DNA of 64,000 bases, taken from NCBI GenBank assembly GCA_034189745.1, contig JAXHUI010000003.1, positions 15,048 to 79,047 on the forward strand. Reading direction: 5' to 3'. Position 1 is the first letter of the stretch. Every line of letters begins with the position of its first letter. Below, one piece after another: positions 47,740 to 58,393 of this stretch. Origin of the DNA: Pseudomonadota bacterium. GTDB taxonomy: Bacteria; Pseudomonadota; Gammaproteobacteria; Pseudomonadales; Balneatricaceae. The position numbers and the translations under genes were made by a program. The notes below the pieces were generated by a model, which was not told where the DNA came from, did no database searches, and worked only from the letters and a program-made list of their open reading frames with translations.

Positions 47740-50622
47740 ATGGACAAGACCTACCAGCCCCATGAGATCGAGCAATCCTGGTACCAGACCTGGGAAAAGA
47801 AGGGTTACTTCGCCCCCTCCGGTAAAGGCGATCCCTACTGCATCATGATTCCGCCGCCCAATGTCACCGGCAGCCTGCACATGGGCCACGCCTTTCAGCA
47901 CACCCTCATGGACACGTTGATCCGCTACCGCCGCATGCAGGGGCGCAACACCCTGTGGCAGGTGGGCACCGACCACGCCGGCATCGCCACCCAGATGGTG
48001 GTCGAGCGCAAGCTGGCCGCAGAGCAGGGGCTGACCCGTCACGACCTGGGCCGCGACGGCTTCATCGAGAAGATCTGGGAGTGGAAGGAGGCGTCCGGTG
48101 GCACCATCACCCGCCAGATGCGCCGCCTGGGCGATTCCGTGGACTGGCGCCGCGAGCGCTTCACCATGGACTCCGGCTTCTACCGCGCGGTGCAGGAGGT
48201 GTTCATCCGCCTGTATGACGACCAACTGATCTATCGCGGCAAGCGCCTGGTCAACTGGGATCCAAAACTGCACACCGCCATCTCCGATCTGGAGGTGGAG
48301 AACCGCGCCGTCAAGGGCAAGATGTGGTACCTGCGCTACCCGCTGGCCGATGGGGTCAAGACGGCAACGGGAGAGGATCACATCGTGGTCGGCACCACCC
48401 GCCCGGAAACCCTGCTCGGCGACACCGGGGTGGCGGTGAACCCGGAAGATGAACGCTACCGAAGTTTGATCGGCCGATTTGTCGAGCTGCCGCTGGTGGG
48501 CCGTCGCCTGCCGATCGTGGCCGATCAACATGCCGATATGGAAAAGGGCACCGGCTGCGTCAAGATCACCCCGGCGCACGACTTCAACGACTACGCCGTC
48601 GGCAAACGGTGCAACCTGCCGATGATCAACGTGCTGACCCTGGATGGCCATATCCGCCAGCAGGCCCAGGTGTTCAACAGCGACGGCAGCGACAACGCCG
48701 CGATCGACCCCAGCCTGCCGCCGGCCTACCAGGGGCTGGAGCGCTTTCGCGCCCGCGGGCAGATCGTGGCCGATCTGGAACAGGCCGGCCTGCTGGTGAA
48801 GGTGGAAGAGAACGAGATGACCGTGCCCTACGGCGACCGGAGCGGGGTGGTGATCGAGCCGATGCTGACCGACCAGTGGTTCTGCGACGCCAAGACCCTG
48901 GCCAAGCCGGCCATCGAAGCGGTGGAGAACGGCACCATCCGGTTCGTGCCCAAACAGTACGAGAATATGTACTTCGCCTGGATGCGCGACATTCAGGACT
49001 GGTGCATCTCGCGCCAGCTCTGGTGGGGCCACCGCATCCCGGCGTTCTATGACAACGCCGGCAACGTTTACGTCGCCCACGACAAGGAGGCCGCCCGGCA
49101 GAAATACAATCTGGACCCGGAGCTGGAGCTACGCCAGGATGACGACGTGCTCGACACCTGGTTCAGCTCCGCGCTCTGGACCTTCGCCACCCTGGGCTGG
49201 CCGGACGAGAGCGAGCGCCTGAAAACCTTCCACCCCACCGACACCCTGGTGACCGGCTTCGATATCATCTTCTTCTGGGTGGCGCGGATGATCATGATGA
49301 CCCTGCACTTCATGCAGGACGACGAGGGCACACCGCAGGTGCCGTTCAAAACCGTCTATGTCACCGGCCTGATCCGCGACGAGAATGGCGACAAGATGTC
49401 CAAGTCCAAGGGCAATGTGCTCGATCCGCTGGACATGATCGACGGCATCAGTCTGGAGGCGCTGCTGGAAAAACGCACCGGCAACCTGATGCAGCCGCAG
49501 TTGGCCGAGAAGATTCGCAAGCGCACCGAGAAACAGTTCCCCGAGGGGATCGCCGCCCACGGCACCGACGCCCTGCGCTTCACCCTGGCGGCGCTGGCCT
49601 CCACCGGGCGCGACATCAACTGGGACATGAAGCGGCTGGAGGGGTACCGCAACTTCTGCAACAAGATCTGGAACGCCGCCCGTTACGTGCTGAGCCACAC
49701 CGCCGGGCAGGACTGCGCCCAGGAGAACCAGGAGGTGCTGCTCACCCTGGCCGATCGCTGGATCATCAGCAGCCTGCAGCGCACCGAGGAGGCGATCATC
49801 CACCATCTGGAGGAGTACCGCTTCGACCTGGTCGCCCACACCCTGTATGACTTTGTCTGGAACCAGTACTGCGACTGGTATCTGGAGCTCTCCAAACCGG
49901 TGCTGTGGGACCCGTCCGAGGGGGAAACCGCCGCGGAGCGGGAGCGGATCAGCGCCCTGCGCCGCGGCACCCGTGGCACCCTGGTGCGGGTGCTGGAAGC
50001 GATTCTGCGCCTGGCCCACCCGCTGATGCCGTTCATCACCGAAGAGATCTGGCAGCAGATCAAGGGGCTGGCCGGCAAGCAGGGCGAGAGCATCATGTTG
50101 CAGCCCTACCCCAAACCGGTGGCCGAGCTGATCGATGCCGCGGCCGAGGCGGAGATCGAGTGGCTGAAAGAGGTGATCGTCGCGCTGCGCAACATCCGGG
50201 GCGAGATGAACATCGGCCCGGGCAAGGCGCTGCCGCTGCTGCTGCGCAACGGCAGCGATGCGGAGTTCCGTCGGGTGCAGGAAAACTACGTCACCCTGAG
50301 CAAACTGGCCAAACTGAGCGAGATCGAGTGGCTGGAGGCGGGGCAGGAAGCGCCCATGGCGGTCACCAAACTGGTGGGCAAGCTGGAGCTGCTGGTCCCC
50401 ATGGCCGGCCTGATCGACAAGGAGGCCGAGCTGACCCGCCTGCAGAAGGAGCTGGAGCGCCTCAGGGGCGAGATCGAGCGCGTCACAGGCAAACTTGGCA
50501 ACGAAAAGTTCGTCGCCAACGCGCCGGAGGCGGTGGTCGGCAAGGAAAAGCAAAAGCTCGCCGACGCCCGGGAGGCGTTCGACAAATTGCAGGAGCAGTA
50601 CAGCAGGATCGAGTCACTCTGA
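47740..50622 (+). CDS. valS: Valyl-tRNA synthetase
   Basis: [31 protein letters not shown]-terminal coiled coil. Confidence 0.98.
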   Translation: MDKTYQPHEIEQSWYQTWEKKGYFAPSGKGDPYCIMIPPPNVTGSLHMGHAFQHTLMDTLIRYRRMQGRNTLWQVGTDHAGIATQMVVERKLAAEQGLTRHDLGRDGFIEKIWEWKEASGGTITRQMRRLGDSVDWRRERFTMDSGFYRAVQEVFIRLYDDQLIYRGKRLVNWDPKLHTAISDLEVENRAVKGKMWYLRYPLADGVKTATGEDHIVVGTTRPETLLGDTGVAVNPEDERYRSLIGRFVELPLVGRRLPIVADQHADMEKGTGCVKITPAHDFNDYAVGKRCNLPMINVLTLDGHIRQQAQVFNSDGSDNAAIDPSLPPAYQGLERFRARGQIVADLEQAGLLVKVEENEMTVPYGDRSGVVIEPMLTDQWFCDAKTLAKPAIEAVENGTIRFVPKQYENMYFAWMRDIQDWCISRQLWWGHRIPAFYDNAGNVYVAHDKEAARQKYNLDPELELRQDDDVLDTWFSSALWTFATLGWPDESERLKTFHPTDTLVTGFDIIFFWVARMIMMTLHFMQDDEGTPQVPFKTVYVTGLIRDENGDKMSKSKGNVLDPLDMIDGISLEALLEKRTGNLMQPQLAEKIRKRTEKQFPEGIAAHGTDALRFTLAALASTGRDINWDMKRLEGYRNFCNKIWNAARYVLSHTAGQDCAQENQEVLLTLADRWIISSLQRTEEAIIHHLEEYRFDLVAHTLYDFVWNQYCDWYLELSKPVLWDPSEGETAAERERISALRRGTRGTLVRVLEAILRLAHPLMPFITEEIWQQIKGLAGKQGESIMLQPYPKPVAELIDAAAEAEIEWLKEVIVALRNIRGEMNIGPGKALPLLLRNGSDAEFRRVQENYVTLSKLAKLSEIEWLEAGQEAPMAVTKLVGKLELLVPMAGLIDKEAELTRLQKELERLRGEIERVTGKLGNEKFVANAPEAVVGKEKQKLADAREAFDKLQEQYSRIESL

Positions 50623-50625
50623 CCC

Positions 50626-50651
50626 GCCGGGCCGGGGCGCCCCGGCCCGGC
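50626..50651. terminator. GC-rich palindrome between convergent valS and the globin gene
   Basis: Perfect 26-bp palindrome GCCGGGCCGGGGCGCCCCGGCCCGGC; no U-tract. Confidence 0.45.
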
Positions 50652-50729
50652 CTGCTGCCGGCGGCAACCTCGGCGAGGGCGCTGGAGCGATCCGCCACTT
50701 GGCGTCATGGGCCACCCTCGTGGCGCGCC

Positions 50730-51113
50730 TCACTCCCGATTACGCACCGTATCGGCGATGGCGAACATCGGCCCCTTCAGCATCTGCTTCAGCTCCTCAT
50801 CCGCCCCGATCTGCTCCAGCGCCTTGTCCATGCAAAGCAGCCACTGATCCCGCTCCGCCGGGCCGATAGCGTAGGGTTTGTGCGGTCGGGTCAAACAGAC
50901 CGAGCCATATTTTTCCGCATAGCGCTGGGGCCCGCCCATCCAGCCGGTGAGAAAATCCGCCAGCCGCTCCTTGATCGGGTTCAGATCCTCGCCGTGCATG
51001 GCACGGATACCGGCAACCTCTGGCGCACTGTCCATATACTCATAAAACGCGTTGGCGAGCTGGCGGATCCCCTCCTCTCCCAGCGCCTCATACGGTGTGT
51101 TGTAACCACTCAT
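50730..51113 (-). CDS. Group II truncated hemoglobin
   Basis: YEALG, AFY, FLTGWMGGP..Y, PH (proximal His), ERDQWL.CM. Confidence 0.88.
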   Translation of the reverse strand: MSGYNTPYEALGEEGIRQLANAFYEYMDSAPEVAGIRAMHGEDLNPIKERLADFLTGWMGGPQRYAEKYGSVCLTRPHKPYAIGPAERDQWLLCMDKALEQIGADEELKQMLKGPMFAIADTVRNRE

Positions 51114-51318
51114 GAACCCTCTCCTCTTATTTTGTTACCGGTTATCGCCCCGCCTGAAGCGGCGGTGACCGGGATAAAACCCACGCGGCGAGCAGTATAC
51201 TATCCACTCACCGGGTGGGGCACATTGACCGAAGTTACCGTTTTGAGTTCAAACCAGGCCACGCCAGCCCCGGCGCCGGGTAACCCACCGCCTTGGGCCC
51301 TCAGCTCAGCTGGTCAGC

Positions 51319-51786
51319 CTAGCCGGCGATGGCCACAAACGTACCCGCCGTCAACCGCGCCAGATCCTGCGGCGAAAGGCCGATCTCCAGCCCGCGCCGC
51401 CCGGCGCTGACGTAAACGGTGGCAAACGCCCGGGCGCTTTGATCGATAAAGGTGCCGAGCGGCTTTTTCTGCCCCAGTGGGCTCACTCCCCCCAGCACAT
51501 AGCCGGTCACGCGCTCCACTTCCGCCGGGTCGGCCATGGCGGCTTTTTTGGCGCCCGCCGCCCGGGCGATCCGTTTCAGATCGAGCCGGCTGGCCACCGG
51601 CACCACCCCCACCGCCAGCGTCTTGCCATCGAGCGTGACCACCAGCGTCTTGAACACCTGCTGCGGGGGGATACCGAGCTTTTCCGCCGCTTCGCTGCCG
51701 TAGGACTGGCTCGAAGGGTCATGCGGATAGGTTTCTATACGGAACTCGATGCCCGCCTTGCGGGCCTGAACGACGGCTGGCGTCAT
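51319..51786 (-). CDS. ybaK: Cys-tRNA(Pro) deacylase YbaK
   Basis: MTPA, VFKTLV, TGYVLGGVSPLGQKK, SAGRRG. Confidence 0.93.
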   Translation of the reverse strand: MTPAVVQARKAGIEFRIETYPHDPSSQSYGSEAAEKLGIPPQQVFKTLVVTLDGKTLAVGVVPVASRLDLKRIARAAGAKKAAMADPAEVERVTGYVLGGVSPLGQKKPLGTFIDQSARAFATVYVSAGRRGLEIGLSPQDLARLTAGTFVAIAG

Positions 51787-51813
51787 CGCTTGATCTCCAA
51801 CGGGTTGCGCTAC

Positions 51814-53130
51814 TCAACGACCGAACAGCGAGGGGCGCTTGCCCGGGCCGCGGGGTGGCATCGGTTCGACCCGCGCAGGTTGCGCCCTGCTCTCTTTTTT
51901 GCCGCTGCTCTCTTTTTTGCCGCTGGTCCGGTTGCCGGCGTGGCCGCCTTGGGGGCGCTTTTTCTCCGTCAGCACCCCTCCCTCGATCAGCCTGCCGTTC
52001 TCCAGCACGGGCACCGAGCGCAGCGGCAGCGGCGTGCCGATCAGGGCTGTAATCGCCGCCAGCAAGCGCTTCTCCTCCGCTGCCACCAGTGACACCGCCC
52101 GCCCTTTCAGGCCGGCGCGGCCCGTGCGCCCGATCCGGTGCAGATAAGCTTCGGGCTGCTGGGGGAGATCGTAATTGACCACCCGGGGCAGCGCTTCGAT
52201 ATCCAGCCCCCGGGCGGCCAGATCGGTCGCCACCAGCACCATCACCTCCCCTTCGCGGAACGCGGCCAGCGCCGCCATGCGCTCGCGCTGACTGCGATCA
52301 CCGTGGATCGCAACCGCACCGATCCCCACCGCCTGCAGCTGGGCACAAAGCTGGTCGGCACGCTTTTTGGTGCGGGTGAACACCAGAGTCTGTCGCCAGT
52401 GGCCGGCGCGAATCAGAAAGGCGAGCAGATCGGCCTTGTCAGCGTTGGCCACCGCGTAAGCGCTCTGTTTCACCCGGGTGCTGGCCGAGTTGCGCGCGGC
52501 GATCGCCACCCGTTTTGGCGTCTGCAGCAGCTGTTCCGCCAGCCGATCCACGGACTCATTCAAGGTGGCGGAAAAGAGCAGGCTCTGGCGCCGGGCCGGC
52601 AGGTGGCTCAGCAGCGCCCGAATCTCGCCGATGAAACCCAGATCCAGCAGGCGGTCGGCCTCATCCAGCACCAGGATCTCCAGCTGTGCCAGCGACAGCT
52701 TCTTCTGTTCGAGCAGATCCAGCAACCGCCCCGGGGTCGCCACCAAAATATCGGCGCCCCGTTTCATTTTGCGGATCTGGTTGTCGATGCGCACACCGCC
52801 AAACACCGAGACCACCCGCATCCCCAGCCGCTCACCATAGGCAAGGCCATGCTCCCCCACCTGCTGGGCCAGCTCCCGTGTGGGGGTGAGGATCAGCCCC
52901 CGGATCGGGTGGTAAGCCTCAGTAGCGGGGCGCCCGCTAAAACGCTGGATCATCGGCAGGAGAAAGCTGGCGGTTTTACCGGTGCCGGTCTGCGCCTCGG
53001 CGATCAGGTCATCCCCCGCCAGCACCAGCGGAATCGCCCGGGCCTGAATGGGGGTCGGCTCCACGTGCTCCAGCGCGCTCAAGGTGGCGACCAGCTCAGG
53101 GCAGAGGCCCAACGCGGCAAAGGGGGACAT
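51814..53130 (-). CDS. DEAD-box RNA helicase (RhlE-like)
   Basis: PTPIQ, AQTGTGKT, PTRELA, TPGR, DEAD, SAT, ARGLD, HRIGRTGR; AGGAG RBS before ATG 53130. Confidence 0.94.
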   Translation of the reverse strand: MSPFAALGLCPELVATLSALEHVEPTPIQARAIPLVLAGDDLIAEAQTGTGKTASFLLPMIQRFSGRPATEAYHPIRGLILTPTRELAQQVGEHGLAYGERLGMRVVSVFGGVRIDNQIRKMKRGADILVATPGRLLDLLEQKKLSLAQLEILVLDEADRLLDLGFIGEIRALLSHLPARRQSLLFSATLNESVDRLAEQLLQTPKRVAIAARNSASTRVKQSAYAVANADKADLLAFLIRAGHWRQTLVFTRTKKRADQLCAQLQAVGIGAVAIHGDRSQRERMAALAAFREGEVMVLVATDLAARGLDIEALPRVVNYDLPQQPEAYLHRIGRTGRAGLKGRAVSLVAAEEKRLLAAITALIGTPLPLRSVPVLENGRLIEGGVLTEKKRPQGGHAGNRTSGKKESSGKKESRAQPARVEPMPPRGPGKRPSLFGR

Positions 53131-53467
53131 GGCAACTCCTGTGGGCTCTTCTGGCTCGGTGGTGAAGGGGCGCCTTGGGCCGGGCGTCGATACGGTGGCC
53201 GGCGGGAAGCTACCGGCAAGGCCGGCCATTATCCCACAAAAGCGCGGCGATGTTGACGGCGCCGTTCGCGGCAACACCACCACAACGCCTGATCGGGATA
53301 GCCGGCCAGCGCCCGCACGGTTCTCGCCTGCGCCGAAATCCGCGCCACTCGTGCCCTGATGGCCAGCCAAGCGGGTGGCAACGGTTTTCCTTGCGCCTGC
53401 GCCATTCTGTGCCATGCTTGGTGGCCTAACGTTCACTATCGCATGAACAGAAATCGAGGAGAGATCC

Positions 53468-54127
53468 ATGAGCAGATTCAAAACATCCCGTTTGTTGCTG
53501 GCCGCCGCCCTGGGGCTTGGTTTGAGTGCAACGGTTGCCGCCCAGGAGTACCCGGAGATGGACGCAGGCCGCCACATGGCCGGGCACGGGCCCGCCATGA
53601 TGGGGGGAGGCTACGGCCCGATGATGGGGGGAGGCTATGGCCCGATGATGGGGGGAGGCTTCGGCCCCATGATGGGGGGAGGCTACGGCCCCATGATGGG
53701 GGGAGGCTTCGGCCCGATGATGGGTGGCTATGGCCCGATGATGGGCTACGGTATGGGAATGATGGGTGGCATGGGGATGATGCCCTGTCCCATGCTGGGA
53801 GGCGTTCAGGGAGGGGCCGGGTATGGTATCGAGCTGAATGAAGAGCAACGGGAGCAGATGAACAAGATCCGCGAGCAGCTCTGGCGGCAACAGCAGACCA
53901 TCATGGGGGAGATGCAGGCCGATCGACAGGAGATGATGCGGCTGTATCAGGAGGGTCAGCCAAAGGGCAAACAACTGCTGCAGGCATATGAGCAGATGCA
54001 GCAGCGGCAGCGCAAGCTGTTCGAGGCACGCCTCGAGGCCCATGAGGCGATGAACAAGCTGCTCACTGAGGAGCAGCGTCAGCAGCTGCAGCAGATGCAC
54101 CAGCAGATGTTGCGCGGCTGGCAGTAA
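53468..54127 (+). CDS. Periplasmic Spy/CpxP-like (LTXXQ) protein with a Met/Gly-rich N-terminal region
   Basis: Signal peptide ending AAQ; LNEEQ and LTEEQ motifs; helical C-terminal half. Confidence 0.75.
   Translation: MSRFKTSRLLLAAALGLGLSATVAAQEYPEMDAGRHMAGHGPAMMGGGYGPMMGGGYGPMMGGGFGPMMGGGYGPMMGGGFGPMMGGYGPMMGYGMGMMGGMGMMPCPMLGGVQGGAGYGIELNEEQREQMNKIREQLWRQQQTIMGEMQADRQEMMRLYQEGQPKGKQLLQAYEQMQQRQRKLFEARLEAHEAMNKLLTEEQRQQLQQMHQQMLRGWQ
53597..53737 (+). repeat. In-frame 24-bp tandem repeat, 5 full copies plus one 21-bp copy, encoding MMGGG(Y/F)GP
   Basis: Units start at 53597, 53621, 53645, 53669, 53693 and 53717; consensus ATGATGGGGGGAGGCTACGGCCCG. Confidence 0.95.
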
Positions 54128-54154
54128 ACCCCTTTTCGCCGCGGGATCAAGGGC

Positions 54155-54568
54155 TCAGGGTTCCACCCGGCCCCGCATCGACTTGATACTGCCGCGCCGC
54201 TTTTTCTTTTCGATCCGCTTACGCTGGGAACTGCGCGTCGGCCGTGTTGGGCGGCGTGCTTTCTCCACCCGCACCGCGCGGCGCACCAGCTCGGCCAGCC
54301 GCGCGAGCGCCTCTGCACGATTCTGTTCCTGCGTTCGACACTGCTGGGCCTTGATCACGACGACGCCCTCCTGGGTGATGCGGCTGTCACTGGAGGCCAG
54401 CAACCGTTCCTTGTAGAACGCCGGCAGGGAGGAAGCGCGGATATCAAAGCGGAGATGGATCGCGCTGGCGACCTTATTGACATTCTGACCACCGGCTCCC
54501 TGGGATCGAATCGCCTTGAGTTCAATTTCACCGTCGGCGATGCTGACGGCGTTGGATATCCGTAACAC
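54155..54568 (-). CDS. arfB: Alternative ribosome rescue factor B (YaeJ)
   Basis: GAGGQNVNK, RTQEQNR, basic C-terminal tail. Confidence 0.94.
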   Translation of the reverse strand: MLRISNAVSIADGEIELKAIRSQGAGGQNVNKVASAIHLRFDIRASSLPAFYKERLLASSDSRITQEGVVVIKAQQCRTQEQNRAEALARLAELVRRAVRVEKARRPTRPTRSSQRKRIEKKKRRGSIKSMRGRVEP

Positions 54569-55138
54569 TCAACGCTCCAACGGTTCAGCGGGAATGAGCG
54601 CCAGCGAGACCATGGCCTGGATCGCGGCGTCGGGGTTTTGGGCCGTGGTCAATGTCAGCTGCAGCTGCTGCGGTGCCGCTGGCGCCGCCCAGCGCCAGGC
54701 TCGGGTGCGCACCTCCCCATTGAGTGGACTCTGGCGGGTCTCATCCAGTACCTGCCGCGCTTTTAGCGGCGCCGGTGCCGTTTCCGCCAGGGTGACAAAC
54801 CAGCGCTCGGTGCTCTCCGGGTCGGCTCGGCGCGCCATCACCGCACAGAGGTTGTCACCCGCCGGGAGCGTCAGCACGAACTGGCCGAACTGGCCCGCAT
54901 AGGGCACCGGCCAGGCATCACCTTCTTGCCCCTGCAAAAAGGGTGCTGCCTGCTCCGCGGCCAGCCTGGGCAGGCCCCGCTCGATCATTTCGCCCCTCAG
55001 GGCGGCGTAATCATCGAAGCGCTTGAGGCAGAACGACAGATACACTTTTTGTAGAAACAGGGCCCGCTCCTCGGCGTGAGCGAACGTGGGCAGCAGCAGT
55101 AGCGTGGCAAGCACAACGGAGGGCAGTTTCACTCTCAC
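54569..55138 (-). CDS. Exported hypothetical protein (resembles the NMCC_0638 family)
   Basis: Signal peptide ending AHA; two Cys and FLQGQEGDAW pattern; family call from memory only. Confidence 0.5.
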   Translation of the reverse strand: MRVKLPSVVLATLLLLPTFAHAEERALFLQKVYLSFCLKRFDDYAALRGEMIERGLPRLAAEQAAPFLQGQEGDAWPVPYAGQFGQFVLTLPAGDNLCAVMARRADPESTERWFVTLAETAPAPLKARQVLDETRQSPLNGEVRTRAWRWAAPAAPQQLQLTLTTAQNPDAAIQAMVSLALIPAEPLER

Positions 55139-55270
55139 GACGGTAATCCTTGTTCATCGAGTCGGCATCAGTTTGAACGCTGGCAACAGGTCACGCAAGT
55201 AACCCGCAGCGGCTATCCCCTCCGACTCGAGCGCCCCCACGGCGAACCTGTTGGCATCGACCAACCCGGG

Positions 55271-58200
55271 TCACTTCACCAGGCGACGGCCGAGTCGACG
55301 CAGGTCCTCCAGCAGCATGAAATTGACCGGCACCAGGATCAGGGTGACCAAGGTGGCAAAGATGATGCCAAAACCCAGCGAGACCGCCATCGGGATCAGG
55401 AACTGAGCCTGTACCGCTTTCTCGAACAACAGTGGCATCAGGCCGATGAAGGTGGTGAGCGAGGTCAGCATCACCGGCCTGAAGCGGGCGACGCCGGCCA
55501 TCAGCACCGCCTGTCGCGTCGCTTCAAAGTGTGAATGCTCCCCCTCCTCCTGCAGCTCACTGCGCCGCTGGTTGGTGAAATCCACCAGTACCAGGCTGTC
55601 ATTTACCACCACGCCAATCAGCGCCATCAACCCCAGCAGGCTCATGATGGTCAGGTCCATCCCCATGATCCAGTGGCCGAAGATCGCGCCGATGGCACCG
55701 AACGGGATCACCGACATGACGATCAGCGGCTGCAGGTAGGAGCGGAACGGGATCGCCAGCAGGCTGTAGATCACGAACAGCACGAACACCAGCCCCAGTG
55801 CCAGCGAGGAAAAGGACTCCCGCTGCTCCTCGGCTTCACCTTCAAGGCTGAACGTCGCACCGGGATACTGCCGCACCAGCTCGGTGAGGAATACGCTGAG
55901 ATCGCGGTTCAGCACGGTGGCATTGGTGTTGCTCTTGTCCATATCGGCTACCACAGTGGCGGTGCGGCGCTGGTCGACACGGTGGATAGTCGAGGGGCTT
56001 TTGCCCGGCACCAGCCGGGCCACTTCATCCAACGGTACCTGACCACCTCCCGGTGTGGTAATGAGGATATCCTTGAGACCGGCGATCGCCTGCCGCTCCT
56101 GCAACGGCAGACGCACCATCACCCGCACATCATCACGCCCACGCTGGACCCGCTGGACCTCGATGCCGAAGAAGTTGTGGCGTACCTGACGGATCACGTC
56201 ACTGCGGGTCAGCCCCAGCAGGTGGGCCTGGGTGGTCAGCTCCAGCTGCAACTCCTCCTTACCGTCGGACAGATTGTCGGCGATATCGAACAGGGTGGGG
56301 TAAGTCTCCAGACGCGCCTTGACCCGTTCGGCCAGCGCGTGCAGGTCTTCCACCTTCCCTGAGCGCAACTCGATACTGACCGGATCGCTGGCTCGCCCCA
56401 TCTCGGCCCTGAAGGTCAGCGACTCGGCCCCGGGAATCGGCCCGATCCGTTCGCGCCATTCGTTGATAAGGGCCATGGCGCTCACCTCCAACTCGCGTTC
56501 CTCAGCCGGCTGCAGCTCAAAGCGGATCTGGCCGATTTCCGCACTGCCGTCCGCTCCGGTGGTGGAATAGATATTTTTGATCACACTGTCACCGCTGACC
56601 GGGTCGCGGTAGGTCTCCTGCAGCGCCCGGGCGATCTCGACCATGCGCACAATATGGCGGTCGGTCACCTCGAAAGGGGTGCCGCTGGGCATCGTCAGCG
56701 CGGCCCGCACCCGATCCATTTCAACCCGCGGAAAGAACACAAACCGGGTCCAGCCCGACAGAATGAAAGCCAGAATCAGAATGAACACCCCACTGAACAG
56801 TGCCAGCGTCGTCAGCCGATGGCGCAGGCTGAAAATCAGCAGCGGTCGGTAATAGCGGAGGATCAGGCGCTCGAATCCATCGGCAAAACCACGCTGCAGA
56901 CGCGAGAGCCGCCCCTGCTGCTCGACCTCGTCTTGACGCAGCTTTAGATGTTTCAAATGGGCCGGCAGCACGAATTTGGACTCTATCAGCGAGAACAACA
57001 GCACCGGGATGACCACCACTGGGATCTGCGCAAACAGCGCCCCCCGGGCACCTTCGATAAAACCGATCGGCAGAAAGGCCGCCACCGTGGTGAGCACACC
57101 GAAGGTGACCGGCAGCGCCACCTCCTGGGTGCCGCGGATCGACGCCTGCAGGCCGGACTCGGCCTTGCGCAGATGGCTGTAGATGTTTTCACCGGTGACG
57201 ATGGCGTCATCCACCACGATCCCCAGCACCAGAATAAAGCCGAACAGCGACAGCACATTCAGGGTGACGCCAAACAGCGGCATAACCAGAAAAGCTCCCA
57301 TGAAGCTCACCGGTATGCCGATGAACACCCAGAACGCGATGGCGGGGCGCAAAAACAGCGTCAGCAGCAGCAACACCAGAATGCCCCCCTGCAAGGCGTT
57401 GGTGGTCAGCGTCTTGATGCGGCTTTTCACCACCAGCGAATCATCGCCCCAGTAACTCAGCTCCAACCCCCGCGGCAGCGTTGCCTGTTGCGCCTGAACG
57501 TAGCCCTTGACCTTGTCGGCCACCTCGATGGCGCTTTGCTCCCCCACCCGATACACATCCAGCATGGCGGCCGGTTTGCCGTTGAAGCGGGTGCGCAGGG
57601 CCGACTCCTCAAAACCATCATCCACCCGGGCAATCTCCTTCAGTCGCAGCAGCGTGCCATCGGGGTTGGTTTTGATCACCAGCGGTTCAAACTGGTCCCG
57701 GTAGTAGGCCTGCCCCTTGGATCGGATCAGGATATCGCCGCCATCGGTACGGATGTTGCCGGCGGAGAGATCGAGCGAGCTGCTGCCGACCCGTTCGGCC
57801 ACCTCTGCCAGCGTCAGATCGTAGCGGCGTAACTGATCCTGAGAGAGCTCGATGGCGATCTCGTAGTTGCGCACTCCGTCCAGCTCCACCTGGGTGACCC
57901 CCGGCAGTTGCAGCAGATCATCCCGCACCCGCTCGGCGTAGCCGCGCAACTCCTGCTCACTCAGCTCCCCGGCCACCGCCACCGTAATCACATCGTGCTT
58001 GTGGGTGGCCAGCGAAATCACCGGTCGCTCGGCCTCGCTGGGGAAGGTGTTGATCTCATCCACCCGCGATTTCACATCCGCCAGCAGCTCCCGGGGATCG
58101 TAGCCGCTATCCACCTCGATGGTGATGGTCGCGCCCCCCTCCACCGAGAGGCTGCTGATCTGTTTGACCCCCTCCAGATCGCTGACCGCCTCCTCGACCC

Positions 58201-58393
58201 GCGTCGCCAGACTCAGCTCGGCATCCTCCGGCGTCGCCCCCCGCAGGGTGACGCTCACGCTGATCATATCGGCTTCGAAACTGGGAAAGACCTCCAGCGG
58301 GATCTTGTATTTGAGCGAGAGCAGGCCGGTGAAGAGGATGGTCACCATCAGCAGATTGGCGGCCACATGGTTGCGCGCGAACCAGGCGATCAT
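55271..58393 (-). CDS. RND efflux permease (AcrB/AcrD/AcrF family)
   Basis: 1040 aa; GIVVDDAIV, VVVNDSLVL, RFRPVMLTSLTT. Confidence 0.94.
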   Translation of the reverse strand: MIAWFARNHVAANLLMVTILFTGLLSLKYKIPLEVFPSFEADMISVSVTLRGATPEDAELSLATRVEEAVSDLEGVKQISSLSVEGGATITIEVDSGYDPRELLADVKSRVDEINTFPSEAERPVISLATHKHDVITVAVAGELSEQELRGYAERVRDDLLQLPGVTQVELDGVRNYEIAIELSQDQLRRYDLTLAEVAERVGSSSLDLSAGNIRTDGGDILIRSKGQAYYRDQFEPLVIKTNPDGTLLRLKEIARVDDGFEESALRTRFNGKPAAMLDVYRVGEQSAIEVADKVKGYVQAQQATLPRGLELSYWGDDSLVVKSRIKTLTTNALQGGILVLLLLTLFLRPAIAFWVFIGIPVSFMGAFLVMPLFGVTLNVLSLFGFILVLGIVVDDAIVTGENIYSHLRKAESGLQASIRGTQEVALPVTFGVLTTVAAFLPIGFIEGARGALFAQIPVVVIPVLLFSLIESKFVLPAHLKHLKLRQDEVEQQGRLSRLQRGFADGFERLILRYYRPLLIFSLRHRLTTLALFSGVFILILAFILSGWTRFVFFPRVEMDRVRAALTMPSGTPFEVTDRHIVRMVEIARALQETYRDPVSGDSVIKNIYSTTGADGSAEIGQIRFELQPAEERELEVSAMALINEWRERIGPIPGAESLTFRAEMGRASDPVSIELRSGKVEDLHALAERVKARLETYPTLFDIADNLSDGKEELQLELTTQAHLLGLTRSDVIRQVRHNFFGIEVQRVQRGRDDVRVMVRLPLQERQAIAGLKDILITTPGGGQVPLDEVARLVPGKSPSTIHRVDQRRTATVVADMDKSNTNATVLNRDLSVFLTELVRQYPGATFSLEGEAEEQRESFSSLALGLVFVLFVIYSLLAIPFRSYLQPLIVMSVIPFGAIGAIFGHWIMGMDLTIMSLLGLMALIGVVVNDSLVLVDFTNQRRSELQEEGEHSHFEATRQAVLMAGVARFRPVMLTSLTTFIGLMPLLFEKAVQAQFLIPMAVSLGFGIIFATLVTLILVPVNFMLLEDLRRLGRRLVK

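Noticed and set aside
51243-51252. TTGAGTTCAA as an FNR box for the globin gene
   Set aside because: It does not fit TTGAT-N4-ATCAA in sequence or spacing.
53597-53737. Repeat array as a possible CRISPR
   Set aside because: No spacers, in-frame coding, and no cas genes. The 61802-61845 repeats are also far too short.
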